Counted from the stretch's first letter, positions 1 to 12,979 are shown. The stretch: 64,000 nucleotides of DNA from Octopus sinensis (GCF_006345805.1 NC_043008.1:8122001-8186000), one strand, 5' to 3'. Numbers and translations: made by a program. Notes: generated by a model from the sequence alone, not told the origin.

Positions 1-295
1 TTAACGCAAAAGTGGTTGAGCACTCCACAGACACGTGTATAGTTAACGTAGTTCCCGGGGAGATTCAGCGTGACAAGCCTGGCCCTTCGAAATACAGATA
101 GAACAGAAACAGGAAGAAAGAGCGAGAGAATGTTGTGGCGAAAGGGTGAAAGTGTAGAGCAGGGTTCGCAACCACCTCTTGCCGGAGTCTCGTGGAGCTT
201 TAGGTGTTTTTCACAACGCGCAGTATGGTAATCGAACCCGCGATCCTACGACAGCGAGTCTGCTGCCCTAACGACTCGGCCATTGCGCCTCACAC
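1..295 (-). mobile_element. tRNA-derived SINE, family C (3' part runs off the window)
   Basis: Reverse complement starts GAGGCGCAATGGCCGAGTCGTTAGGGCAGCAGACTC...GGGTTCGATTACC, with pol III A- and B-box-like motifs. The body aligns with the full-length copy at 48681-49071. Confidence 0.85.
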
Positions 296-791
296 TTCGT
301 GTGTATAGATATATATGTGAATACTTAATATTGTGTATTTTGTAGTGATTATTATTAGCATGTCGTAAAATGTTTACGTACATTCACTCTTACGCACAAA
401 CATATGACTACATACATATCACCATATGTTCTTGTGTCTTTTCAGTGTGGTGTGAACTTACATAAATATGTTTTAGTATTTTTATATAATTGTGTACACT
501 TCTTTCAAATAACAATAACTTTCGATTACATTTTAGGTGCGGAGTTGTCACTACGTACATTTCTTTTTAAACATTTGTTTGGGAAAATCCAAAGGAAACT
601 TCTTTAAGTTGTAGTTAGATTGTATTTTTATGTTTCAAATATTTATTAAAATAACTCTGTATTTGTGTGTGAATACGCTAGAGGTCTGCGATGATTGTGT
701 ATCGTTTATTTTATCATTGTGTGCGTATGTAGTCGTGTTTTAATTTGTATACAAACAAATGCTCGAATATCTTTGGGCGAGATTAATTTTC

Positions 792-851
792 AATATATAT
801 ATATATATATACAAACACACACACACATACACACACACACACACACCACAC

Positions 852-912
<61 letters not shown>
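792..912. repeat. Compound (TA)n/(CA)n microsatellite
   Basis: Directly visible. It explains the YI/HT-rich ORFs at 695-1021. Confidence 0.95.
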
Positions 913-1472
913 GTACAAATATGTGTGTGTACGCGCTTGTGTGGATACAACTAAAATCAAAATAGAAAATATCACAGTTAGACACTAACATATTCGGACA
1001 GTCGAAAAGAACCACAAACAAATACGAAACACAATAAAATTAGCTTTGTAAGATATATTTGTATTCTAGAAAAAATGTGTTTTGACTCATTCTTCGTAGA
1101 TTATACGATATACACATGATTGGAATATATTAAATTTCAACCCGTCTGTAAATTAATTCAAACGATAATACACCATTTTGTTTTCGTCTTGCCATATAAA
1201 TTGATCAAAGTTAATCTGTAGTACAATAGTGACTACGTGCATACAATATCTAACACTACAAAACAGAAATAAGTTTGCATAACATTTTATATTTGATTTT
1301 CATTTTGTGCTTAAGAAAATATTGGACACATTTCTGGTTTACTAATGAAGATTATCAAGTATGAACGCTTAATCTTATAACATAAATTATTTTGTCAATA
1401 TTATCGTTTTATTTTATCTCCCGGAATAAGCACGAAACCATCTCTCACCGACATGTATACACACACACACAC

Positions 1473-1504
<32 letters not shown>

Positions 1505-1781
1505 CTGTGTGTGTACATATACGTATGATGGTATGTATGCATGTATGTATATGTATGCAGAAAAAGAAAAAAGAGTCGGAGAGTAATGATTGTTTAAATG
1601 TGTAAAACGGCTAACATGAAGCTAATTTAATACAATCATCGCAGTGATTCTTTCTCCCAACAATAGGATGACATTTTTGTCTCAGAAGTAATAGTTTGGT
1701 TATTTAGTTTGACAACGTATTATAGAAAGAAATTAATGTTTTTAATTTTCTCATTGTTTCATGCTTGTTCAGCTTGATCGT

Positions 1782-2070
1782 TCAAATCGGGCTAATAAAG
1801 GTTCGAACCTCGTCCTGTCGTCCTTCCTCTCGGTGCCATGAATCTCCTAACAGAGTATCAGGTCTGCCCGATCGCTTTTTTATCAATAAGGCTAAAATCT
1901 CCAGCTCGGAACCCTGCGAACCTTGCGAACCACTTCTGTACAGTTCTTTCGCATAAAGAAACATCACCGTAAACTGAGCATATTTCTTTGGTTGCTTGTG
2001 ACATATTTTCCCCATTACGGAGGAAGAAAAGCATCAAGTGCAGAAAATGAACTTTGTTATCTTCCATTTA
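1782..2070 (-). mobile_element. Mariner transposase N-terminal (HTH) remnant, frameshifted
   Basis: ORF MEDNKVHFLHLMLFFLRNGENMSQATKEICSVYGDVSLCERTVQKWFARF..AGDFSL continues in another frame with SGRP. This matches the mariner N-terminus (HFRHLMLF..KG.NA.QA..EIC.VYG...ERTV.KWF.RF..GDFSL.D..RSGRP). Confidence 0.9.
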
Positions 2071-2390
2071 AAATGGATGTTAAAAAAGATAAGAAAGATA
2101 TCAATTATAACAGGTTATAGGAACATAACCTTACATCCACGGAAAGATAGCTTAAACTGTGCTCTAAATGGAGTTGTAGTTAAATCCTATTTTATAGACT
2201 CAACCATGTTCTAAAAGAAGTCGAAAGTTAAGCTACTATAAATTGGCACGAACTTTCCGGACAACCCAATATATATATATTCAAATGAATATGGTACTTA
2301 ATTTAGATGCACCAGAATATTGTATGGTGTTATCCATAAAAATTTGTGGGGTGATTATAATCAAAATAAGCAACAAGAACGACTCAGGTA

Positions 2391-2480
2391 ATTTGGTACG
2401 ATCGTTTCCTACTACATCATTTTATTAAATGTTGTAAGTATTACAACAGATTTAAGATGCTGAGTACTCATCAGCCAATT
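2391..2480 (-). ncRNA. Type I hammerhead ribozyme motif (left arm of palindrome 1)
   Basis: Minus strand reads AAUUGG-CUGAUGA-GUACU...AGUAG-GAAAC-GAUC-GUA/CCAAA. The core is canonical, stem I is UUGG:CCAA, and stem III is the palindrome ACGAUCGU. There is a G.G mismatch at the base of stem II. Confidence 0.75.
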
Positions 2481-2551
2481 AGAGAGGTTTTCCATTAATA
2501 CAAAAATTTTCACTTGATTTGAAAATTTTTATATTAATGGAAAACCTCTAT

Positions 2552-2642
2552 AATTGGCTGATGAGTACTCAGCATCTTAAATCTGTTGTAATACTTACAA
2601 CATTTAATAAAACGATGTAGTTGGAAACGATCGTACCAAATT
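2552..2642 (+). ncRNA. Type I hammerhead ribozyme motif (right arm of palindrome 1)
   Basis: CTGATGA at 2558-2564, GAAAC at 2624-2628, GATCGTA with predicted cleavage after 2635, then CCAA pairing with TTGG at 2554-2557. The base of stem II is imperfect. Confidence 0.7.
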
Positions 2643-2671
2643 ACCGGAGTCATTCTTGTTGCTTATTTTGA

Positions 2672-2704
<33 letters not shown>

Positions 2705-4028
2705 CGTACATGCAGAGAGAGAGACAGGCACTCCGCGCTGCGGCTACCCTAGATTACAGAATTTCGCTCTAATGGAAACTGAAGTATGACCATAAATTTC
2801 AGGATCCGGTTAGTATTTTAGCTCTTCGAGGAACTTGTGTAGCTTAGTTTTAAATTATTAATAACTTAAAACTACGCTCTTTTCTTAGCTCAAGGGTCAC
2901 CGACGTTTTATTTAACATCAAAGTAGATCGTTAACGATTATAAAAGCATTCGCGACAGTGCACTCAGACACACACATACCACACATACAAACATGCATAT
3001 ACAATGTACTTAATGTGAGTACATAGCTGTGTATGTGTGCATAGGCATGTGTGAGTGTGTGTGTTTTTCTATCCTCAACACTAGTATAACCATCAAAAGA
3101 AAAGAATTATATAGTATGAATAAGATACGCAAATTTATTTCAAATAAAAGCCTATTGTATTGTAGTATAATTTAAAAGTTGAATGAAATACCTTTGATCT
3201 TAGATCTATGAGGATTGATTTGAGAGTAAGGAGATACAGTCATACAATTAACAAGAACGATATGACCACCACACCACCAACAATACCTGGACACTGTCTC
3301 AAACATTTTAACCAATGCAAGCCATATCATTACACTATCAGCCTACTAGTGTTTGATTCCAACTATTTACACAGATATCAGTATGTACGCCTACACATGA
3401 ATGTGTAAATGTGTGTGTGCGCGCGCATGTGATTTTGCGTATGAGTGCGTATGTGTATTTATGTCTTAGGTCAGAAGTGGAAGGGGCAATTTTCCCATCA
3501 AATCTTGTGTCCCTTCAGCTAACTGTAATCAACTATGTATTACTTCTCCTTTATCAGTCCTTCTTCTCATCTCCTTTTCATTATTGCATCTGTTGTCTGG
3601 ACGCCCCCAGACGATGAAGTAGGCTAGCCTAATACGTAGATATAGAGGGAGAAGTCTAGACGTCATCAGAGAGTAGCGGTAAGAGACTAGAAAAGAGTCG
3701 AGTGGAGTAGATTTGAGTAGTAGAGGTATCCAAATGTGCGACATTACAGCGTCAATAGGCAAAAGACAATTTTCTACTCTCACAAACAAATTTTACCTGG
3801 ACTAATTATTTGACTACATATCTGTGGTGTATAATTAATCGCCGTTGCTGTTGGATTTGCTTTCAATTTAAATTGTCTGGAAGAGGCTATCAAGTAGACA
3901 TGAATGCAGTATTGCGAAAAAGTATTGGAAGGGGATTACTGTGGTTATTGATTCCGTTGTTTCAAAAAAAGACTTGATGCGGAGATATAATTCAGTTATC
4001 CAAAACATTACATTCTGAAACGTGTACT

Positions 4029-5315
4029 ATGAGAACACTGGGTGACACCAGAGAGAAAATTATGTCAACCGCTCAAGAATCGACTCCGTTAATTGTCCGG
4101 ACCTTATTTTCCCATAGATCTAATGCAAGGCTTAGCATGGAACAATTCTTGTGTCTACAGATCAAGGACCAGATTTTCAAAACATACATCAAACGTTTAG
4201 ATGCCGATTTCCCGGGAAAAGAAACTGAAACTTCTAATGAAAAACGTTTAAGCGCATGAATTTGCACAGTATAAAAGTGACTGCTGAAATCGCGCAAGCT
4301 GATACTGAGGCTGCTACTAATTACCCTGAGCAATTTCAGAAAAAGATTGCTGAAGTGGGTTAGGCACCAGCGAAAGTATACAGCGTTGGTGTGACTGCGC
4401 TTTTCTGGAAAGCTTTTATTTCTCTCGACTGCGCTTTTCTCCAGAGAAATATTCATCTGCAGAATTTAAAGCGTTTGGAAATTGTCTCGCGGAAGAATAC
4501 CTTGGGTGATATGAAAATAAAAACCCTTACACATGTATCTCTCCGAAAATCTAAGGGTTTTAAAGGGTTGCAAATAGTTCAAACTACCTCTGATTCGGTG
4601 GTCACATAAGAGGGTATGGATGACTGAGAGCGTTTCCAATGATTGTTTTACAGTGGTCTTTACTCCTGCGATCGAACGGTACCGTGCTTGATATGAGGTT
4701 TCTAACGGATCATTGTTTTATTTTTAGACAATGCACTGAGCACAACCTCGCACCAAATATAGATGACTTTTCTGATTATTAGGAAGAAGAATATATCACG
4801 AAGATTAAAACTTCCTTGCTCCGGCTAATTAATCAATATAAGACTTCTTGACATTTTATAGGCGGGGCGATTGCAAGCAACTTGTGTAGGCGATTTACAG
4901 GGAAGATAGATTTTCAGTTAGAGATTTCTGGGAAAAAAATTTCAACATAATGGATGCTGTGAAACTTGCACATTTGAATAGTGCTTTGAAAGTTACATGG
5001 CGGGACTCTAACCGTGACGGTATAAGTTTCCCTCAAGCAGAAAGTCTACAACGAATTTAGAGAGATATTTTGACACCTGCAAAGGATGTAGGATTTGAAA
5101 ACGTGATAGAGGATGATGTTAGAGTTCCAGAGATAGAGACAACGGAAGTTTCACTTACATCGCTTAAATTTACTGCAAAAATTATTTTTAAGCGATTGGC
5201 ACATATAGAGGAAGCTCGTCAAGTGTTTGCTGGTAACGATCCCAATCGTCCACCAAACATAAATATTGTAATGTGCTCTGATCCCAAACAAAGTGTTGAT
5301 GAGTCATCAAAATAA
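4029..5315 (+). mobile_element. Tigger/pogo-family transposase remnant (pseudogenised)
   Basis: About 4298-4415 translates as ADTEAATNYPEQFQKKIAEVG*APAKVYSVGVTALFWK, matching the Tigger consensus AD.EAA..FP.....I.EGGY.PEQVFN.DETGLFWK. WMT and LDNA..H motifs follow at about 4615-4745. Stops and frameshifts are present. Confidence 0.8.
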
Positions 5316-6501
5316 ATTTGATAAGATTTTCACACTACAAGCTGATGTGAGCGTGTGTGTGAGTGTACGTCTGAATGTGTGTGTGAGTGTGTGTAGTTGT
5401 TTGTGTGTGTGTGTGAATGTGTGTGTGTGTGCATGTGTATTTTTATGTTTGCGTTTGTGATTGTGTGTTTGTATATGTGTATGTGTATCCACGGCTATCA
5501 TAACACCGGAGGCGAGAAAGACAAAGTGAGATGGCAGAAGTTAAACAAGTAACGAAAGTGTCGGAATACCAAATGTCGAAATATATTAACGAGAAAACGC
5601 TGTAGAAAAATATAAAATGGTAATGTAATTTGGAGCTTAAATTCAAAGCAATGCGAATACTTTAGCGGAAACTGATATGGTATATCAATTTAATATTTCC
5701 GTTCTTAAAATCATCGCCATTGTTGAAGAAATTTCTTCTTTTTTTTGCCCCCTATAAACATAAGCAAATCAGTTGACTATAATGCTGAATATGTTAATAT
5801 CTGGAAATAATAAATGGAAAGGGAAAGAATCAAGTTAACGAGTGTATCACAATTTAAACTTTTATCGATTTTGTATATTTGCTTGTATTAAAGAAGAGAA
5901 AAAATTCAATAATGACAGAATTTAAAGAAGTATTTGATAAATAAGCTATGTTTTTTGTCGATCATGTCTTCCTTACAATACACTTTTATTATTAATAATC
6001 TGTAAATAAATATGTTCACCGTATTTCCTTTCTTTTTGCTGTTTTGACATACGGAAGAATAATATGTTACGTTTCCGTAACATATTGTCAATAGATGATT
6101 TTTATGAGTACTTCCAATCTTATTTCTAAAAACTCATTTTAAAATTACCGTTTTCTTCGTCTAAAATAATTATTGAGATTTAGCATAATAAAAAAACAAA
6201 ACTATATTACAATATTTTTCTCGGATAAACTTTCTTTTTGAACAGTAAATAAACGATTTTACAAGCTCTTTTCATGTTTTGCTCTAAATTATTTAAAGAT
6301 TCAATTTTCAGTGAATACGGTATTTTGAACGTTCTGTAAATTGTTTTATAAATCATTTGGCGTCGCCCGTTCCAATCCAGCCTGCTATACCGAAGAATTT
6401 TGGGGCTCAGTCCCACTGCGTAGCACATTGGGAAAATGTCTTAAGATAATAATAACAACAACAACAACAACAACAATAACAATAATAATAATAATAATAA
6501 T

Positions 6502-7208
6502 AGTATCGGGAAAACTATGGCAAAGTGGAGGACGGAACTGACATGTGGAAGAAGTTTAGGGACAATAGAAATCAAGAGGGGTATCTTCCAAGGGGACTGC
6601 CAATCCCCAATGAACTTTGTATTGTGCATGATAACTAACTGATTCTGAGGAAAGCAAAGGACGGGAACGTATCGAAAAACTGTCAACAAAAAGTCAACCA
6701 TGGATGACCTCAAACCTTATGGTAAATATGAATACCAAGTCATTTCCAGCGTTGATACGGGTATAATTTCATTGCTGATATCAGAATGAAGTTCGGACTG
6801 ACAAAGTATGGTGTGTTAATTTTGAAAAGAAGGAAAACGAAACGATACCAGGTTTTTCAACAAAACCTGTGATAAAAAGAAAATAATAATAAAGTAAACA
6901 ACTATGACGATTTGAAGTGGGAAATACTAAGGTTGTTGTCAATAAGGAGAGTACATGTGGTGACAACAGTAATTGGTGCACATGGAACTATCAGCGCTCA
7001 ACTAGCAACATTGCTGAAAAAGATTTGTACAAGTGTGAAGGTAAAACACCTACAAAAGTCAGCATTGCTTGGAACTGCAATAATTCTTCGCGAGGTTCTT
7101 GAAGCATGAGATGTAAGCAAGTGTCACTTTAGTCTGCTGGCTGTGGACAGCTGACATTTTCCATCATACCCAGCAAAATAAGCTGTGAGTTTTCTTGATA
7201 TATTAAAG
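6502..7208 (+). mobile_element. R4/Dong-like (restriction-like endonuclease) non-LTR retrotransposon, internally deleted 3' fragment
   Basis: RT motifs IEIKRGIFQGDCQSP and MDDLKPYGK, then the C-terminus KWEILRL..RRVHVV..VIGAHGTI...LQKSALLGTAIILREVLEA*, then a short 3' UTR. AAT repeats flank both sides (6446-6501, 7209+). Confidence 0.85.
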
Positions 7209-8821
7209 AATAATAATAACAAAAATAACCACAAATAATGATTGTGATAAGCATAACAAAATGAAAACAAAATGTGCAGATATACATTAAAAAACAATAT
7301 ATATATTTTATACACAGAGGAAATTAGTTTTCAGACCAGGCCAGAAATCTAAAACCAAAATCGAACGAATCAAGACTGACTGAATGCAAATGAATGTGTG
7401 GTATAGGCATGAAGACATATAGCTATAAGGTTTTATAAATATCAAAGCACACATGCACATATGCACATTTATACGTACATAGATAAATCGATCCACACGC
7501 ATGTGGATATGACATCGATATACTATTATAGTAATAATTGTGATAATAATAACAACAACAATGATAACAGCAACACCAACAAAATAATGACAATAGTTAT
7601 GATAACAAAACGTCCCAAAGAGGGGGATAATATCAGAATATGAAGTGGCTAAAATGACCAAATTATGAAATAATAACAAAAACATAATTATAGCAATTAT
7701 AAGAATAAAAATCATAAGATGTAAAATAATAATGAATAATAATAGTAAAGATCAATATTCATTCCACAGGAAAAAACAAGAGATTACATACATTCTACTA
7801 TCAGAACCAAAGCATTTATTGTAACCACCCGTGATAGATGGATAACTGGAAATCGGAGTTGTGAAGTCGGGATTTGCTGGCGAAGAAAACGAAGTTTCAA
7901 CCACCTACACATCTGAAGATCTAAGGACTGCGCATATGGTTATGGGTAGATGAAGGAAAATGCTGCAAAGAGAACACAGTGTTAGGAAAAGCGAGATAAC
8001 AGAGATGCAAGACCGAGGTAGATCAAATGGTTTAGCTATGTATATCATGCGGAAAGATTTAACAACATATTGCAATCGGAAGTATAGGAAAGCCTAAAAG
8101 ATACATGTATGTATGTATGTGTGTATATAGGTATATATGTATGTATGAACGTATATACGCACATGCACACGCATAATCGTATATATGCGAGTGGGCGCGT
8201 GTGCATCTGTATGTTCCAAGTGCAATTGAATGCTTACATACAACGGATCATCAGAAACCGTTTAATTACATTACGTTGCAGGAAACCAATCTCTTGAGTT
8301 GGGTAGATGGTAAGGCATTTCATAAGTATTTTGAGATTAACGTAGAAAGAAAGCAATTAGTAGAGAATTTTTAATTGGGTCTAAGAATCAAGAAAGGTTG
8401 GGGTGGGCAGACAAAGAAAGAAAAGACAAATATACAAAAGAGGAGAAAACAGAAAATTAAAGAAAGGGAGAGATACAGGGAAAGAGAAAAAACAAGACAA
8501 TATTGGTAATTAAAGACGGAGAGCAAGAGATGTTGAAAAGAAGGAAAAACGATGTTGGGCAACCATAAAAAATGATAGTCAAAAAGTATATAAACACCTA
8601 AATTGAATTTGTAAACAAAGGTAAATGCACCTAAGTGATAGAGGGAAAGAAAGAGGAGATAGTGAGGACGAGCACATGAGAGAGAGAGAAGGGAAAGAAA
8701 TATTATAAAACTGAAGAGACTGTAAACTAAATAATTAGAGATAGAAACATGCCAAAATACGACTGTCATGAAAGCATATATGTATGCATGTATGTATGTA
8801 TGTATCTATCTATATATTTAT

Positions 8822-9179
8822 CTCTTTATTTTATTTTTTTACTTGTTTCAGTCATTCGACTGCGGTCATGTTGGAGCACCGCATTTAGTCAAGGAACTTA
8901 TTCTTTGTATGCCTAGTACTTATTCTATCGAACTCTTAAGCTGAACCGCTAAATTACTGGGATGTAAATACACCAGCGTCGGTTGTCCAGCAATGTTGGG
9001 GAGACAAACACACAGACAAATATCCACACACTCACCCATATATATATATATATATATATATATACGACGAATTCCCTTCTACCAAATCCATTCACAAGGC
9101 TTTGGTCGGCCCGGGGCAATACTGGAAGACACTTGCCGTGGTTGGTAAGCGAACTACTTACCACACAGCCACTCCTGCG
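8822..9179 (-). mobile_element. tRNA-derived SINE, family A (CORE-type, OR/OK-like octopus SINE)
   Basis: Head GCAGGAGTGGCTGTGTGGTAAGT, an internal (TA)n/(TG)n and the tail GACTGAAACAAGTAAAA are shared with seven other copies here. It carries an internal deletion. Confidence 0.9.
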
Positions 9180-9181
9180 AC

Positions 9182-9233
<52 letters not shown>

Positions 9234-10387
9234 TGAATATATGTATGTATGCATATGTTTAAATATGCACTCGCATACTCGTTTCCTTTAAGTTATACAA
9301 ACACGCATACACGTATATTTGATGATTTACATAAACGAAAGTAGTTTAAAACCTATATATCACATGTGACCGTGTAGCTGTAATGAATGAAACGAAAATA
9401 TTGCGACATTCAGGAGATACTGACGCAGTGTAATCGGATTTTGAATATTCTAATATCTAGGTAATATCAGCTGTGTTCTTAATTATGGGTTGCGGGTAAA
9501 GCAAACTCAATGAGATAAGAAAGTCTTTGGGATAGATACATGAAATAAGAGAGAGGGAGAGAAACACACATAAATAGAAGCAGAAAAAGAAAGAGCGAGA
9601 GAGAGAGAGAGAAAGAAAGAAAAGGCGCGTGTGTATGATGTGTGTTTGTATATGTGAGTGTGTGTTTCATGAGAGAAATGGTATGGAATTTATCTCTTTA
9701 GAGACTTTTGTTGCGTTATGAATTCTCAAAATTATGTGTTTACATGTAATTTCCAACTTCAAACTCGTAAACAACACAAATGTCTAATCTTTAACAATTA
9801 AAATTTGATATTTATCCAATTATACTTAATCATGTTACTCAAAGCTATCACGAAATTATTAGGTTTTGTTCATTATATATTCCTGGAATTCTTTTCGTAC
9901 ATTGGGCCCTTAGAATACATATATTCCTCTATGTATAGCAACATACATATACACCCTAATGACAATGTTTGGCAGAACCGGTAACATAAACAGACAAGAC
10001 TAAACTGCAATATTGCTATAAACTCTCATTTAAAAGACTTTTCTGTTTAGCCTCGATTTCGAAATTCGCTGGTCCATAGTGTAAACATCGATGTATACTA
10101 TAAATTCATTACTGTCGAGCTTGAAATGAATTTATATTCCATATTAATCTTAGTTCATTACCCCAAGTTGTGTATCTACTTTGTACTTATCATCAACAAT
10201 TACTACGAATATGATACTCTTTGCTATCATATTTTATATTTCATATCAAATTATGTTGTCTGCTTATAAATGGTTTTGAATTAAGAATATCTAACGGGGT
10301 ATTACATGTATATTCTATTTGTCACTAAAATGGGAAATTGATGAAGATACACAGAATTAAGAGACTAATTATTTTAAAACATTGAAC

Positions 10388-10797
10388 GTAGGAGTGGCTG
10401 TGTGGGAAGTAGCTTGCTTACAAACCACATGGTTCCGGGTTCAGTCCCACTGCGTGGCACCTTCGGCAACTGTCTTCTACTATAGCTTTAAGCTCACCAA
10501 AGCCTTGTGAGTGGATTTGGTAGACAGAAACTGAAAGAAACCTGTCGTTTATATGTATATATATATATATGTGTATCTGTGTGTGTTTGTGTCTGTGTTT
10601 CTCCACCCAACATCGTTTGACAACCAATTCTCATGTGTTTACGTTCCCGTAACTTAGCAGTTCGGCAAAAGATACCAATAGAATAAGTACTAGGCTTACA
10701 AAGAATAAGTCCTGGGGTCGATTTGCTCAACTAAAGGCGGTGCTCTAACATGGCCGCAATCAAATAAATGACTGGAACAAGTAAAAGAATAAAAGAG
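10388..10797 (+). mobile_element. SINE family A, near full length
   Basis: GTAGGAGTGGCTGTGTGGGAAGTAGC...GGTTCAGTCCCACTGCGTGGCACC...GTGAGTGGATTTGGTAGAC...AAGTAAAAGAATAAAAGAG. Confidence 0.92.
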
Positions 10798-11464
10798 TAG
10801 TAAAGTTTATAAGTACGCTTGTAGAGAGCACAATTCGATTTACCAAGTGCCTGCTAGTTGTAACATCTGGTACCAACATGTTTGGGGCTTACAGTTGAAA
10901 ATAACGATGCTGTGTCAATTAGCGGGTTATATAATTGACAAAGTATTTTCGTAAATTTTGCAACTTCCTACTTTATAATTAAACCGTTGATTCTAGCATC
11001 CAGTAGAGTTTCCGTCCTATTTTGTTATTAGTGGTTAATATGTTGATATCCACTTATAATATCTCTTGCGTATCACATTCCTACAACTGCAAGAACACTC
11101 ACGCAAAGCCATGTATAAATTGCAGTCGTGTTTGTCATAAATCAAAACCTACCGTCTTAGAAGTATTATATGTCGTGCATAGTTGTAATTTTAGATATAT
11201 GATACGCTAAAGCGTAGCACGTAATAATTATGGGTAGTAGTGTGTTTAATGCGTATCCTAAGATTAAACAACACTAAAAAATGTCAAACGTTCTGTAAGA
11301 AAGCAGCACTTAATTTTCTTTAAACCACTCTTAAAGGCATCATTCAAAATTGCTCCTTGCTGGTATACATATGGCGATATGTCTGCATCGTTTTCACGGC
11401 ACTGGATCTAAAAACCAGCAAAAACCAATCGAAGCCATATGGTCCTTGAGACGTTCACACCTGA

Positions 11465-11526
11465 TTTATTATAATTATTATTATTATTATTTATTATTAT
11501 TATTATTATTATTAATATTATTATTA

Positions 11527-11560
<34 letters not shown>
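11465..11560. repeat. (ATT)n microsatellite
   Basis: Directly visible. Confidence 0.97.
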
Positions 11561-12107
11561 GAGTGAGAGAGCAGTGCATGCCATCAAAGTGACACTGGGG
11601 TAAAATATACGAAGCCCGATATACCCATCATGACTACCCGTCTGATAAAGGTACACCAGGCACATGCATCACAACCATATGTGCGCGACATGGTGATCTC
11701 ATATCAAGATAAACAGCACATGACCTTGCAGGTGGGGCCTAGTTAGAATTTTCTTCAGGTTGAGTAGCCCATCCCGCTCAAAAGGTCCCTGAATAAGGAT
11801 TGTTTAAGGATGTTGAAAGAACCACCCATGTTTCCAGAGGTGAATTATTCAAACCCCAAAGAATCCCTCTCAACACATGGCTATGATGCTCCCCCACTAC
11901 TTCTGCTCGTGATCAGAGATGCACATATCGTCAGCCACTAAGGGACATGCTCAACTGGTTAAGGTCAAACAACTGACAAGCAAATCTGTGGTATTGAGCA
12001 GAATATTTGCTGTAGCCCATCTTTTATACCAAGACAAAACAATGTACATGATAACACTTCCAATCAGTTAAGATCAGACGCCATGAGAGCCACTGCCTGG
12101 TACTGCA

Positions 12108-12108
<1 letters not shown>
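11561..12108 (-). mobile_element. Non-coding (TAA)n-inserted retroposon X, longest copy
   Basis: Flanked by ATT arrays on both sides. Near-identical to 35514-35972 and 35991-36184, which share the same 3' end (CTCTCACTC(AAT)n) but have shorter 5' ends. Confidence 0.8.
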
Positions 12109-12162
<54 letters not shown>

Positions 12163-12250
12163 TATTATTATTATTATTATTTTATTATTATTATTATTAT
12201 TGTTATCATTATTATTATTATTATCATTATTATTATCATTATTATTATTA

Positions 12251-12285
<35 letters not shown>
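12109..12285. repeat. (ATT)n microsatellite, degenerate
   Basis: Directly visible. It is the source of the poly-Leu ORF. Confidence 0.97.
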
Positions 12286-12307
12286 TTGCTAAACTTTACG
12301 TGCAATA

Positions 12308-12352
<45 letters not shown>

Positions 12353-12358
<6 letters not shown>

Positions 12359-12468
12359 ATCACGTGACCGACCAGTCCATCAGATGTAGTTACACATTGC
12401 TGGTCACAATGCGTTCGCATTGTTTTAGCCTTCGAATGACGCCACCCCGCTGGCTAAGCGAGCAGGCC
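12353..12468. other. 116-bp GC-balanced insert inside a (TA)n array (probable small mobile element)
   Basis: Sharp borders with (TA)n on both sides. It starts with tandem CACGTG. Only one copy is in the window. Confidence 0.45.
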
Positions 12469-12979
12469 ATATATATATATATATATACAGCGAATGGTTA
12501 TGTATCCCGGAGATTAAAATCGGAATGAAAGGGGATCCATAGACAACGAATGATTGAGAATCTCTACTCTAAATGTCCATTTGCTATGCTAAGCATAACC
12601 ACATCCCACCATATATTGTGTAAAGTATAATTTAGGAACTATTAGATAATACTGCCTTGGACAAATCAAGATTTTAGTATATCGGAAAACTGCAGGTTAA
12701 GTACTGTTCAATGCCTATCAACAGGAACAACAATAATAACATCATAAATTTTGATAAGTTCTGATTATTAATTACACAAGATAACCTAGAATTCTAGATG
12801 TCGCTTCAGTGTTATTGTGTCATACCCGTCTTTCAAACAGTGTACACTTTCAAGCTATTGATTTACTACGTTTTAAAATTGTCCAGAAGTAATACTTTAT
12901 ATTGCATTACCGTTCTTACTGTTACTGAAGTCCTTCTCGATATATCTGTCTCTTTCGTTTCATTCTTTCTATCACTATC

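Larger units (their letters stand above)
2356..2676. repeat. Long palindrome 1 (about 152-bp arms, 7-nt spacer), Penelope-like inverted pLTR candidate
   Basis: 2361-2512 is the reverse complement of 2520-2671, with 6 mismatches counted. The spacer is CTTGATT. The right end abuts (TA)n. Confidence 0.95.
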
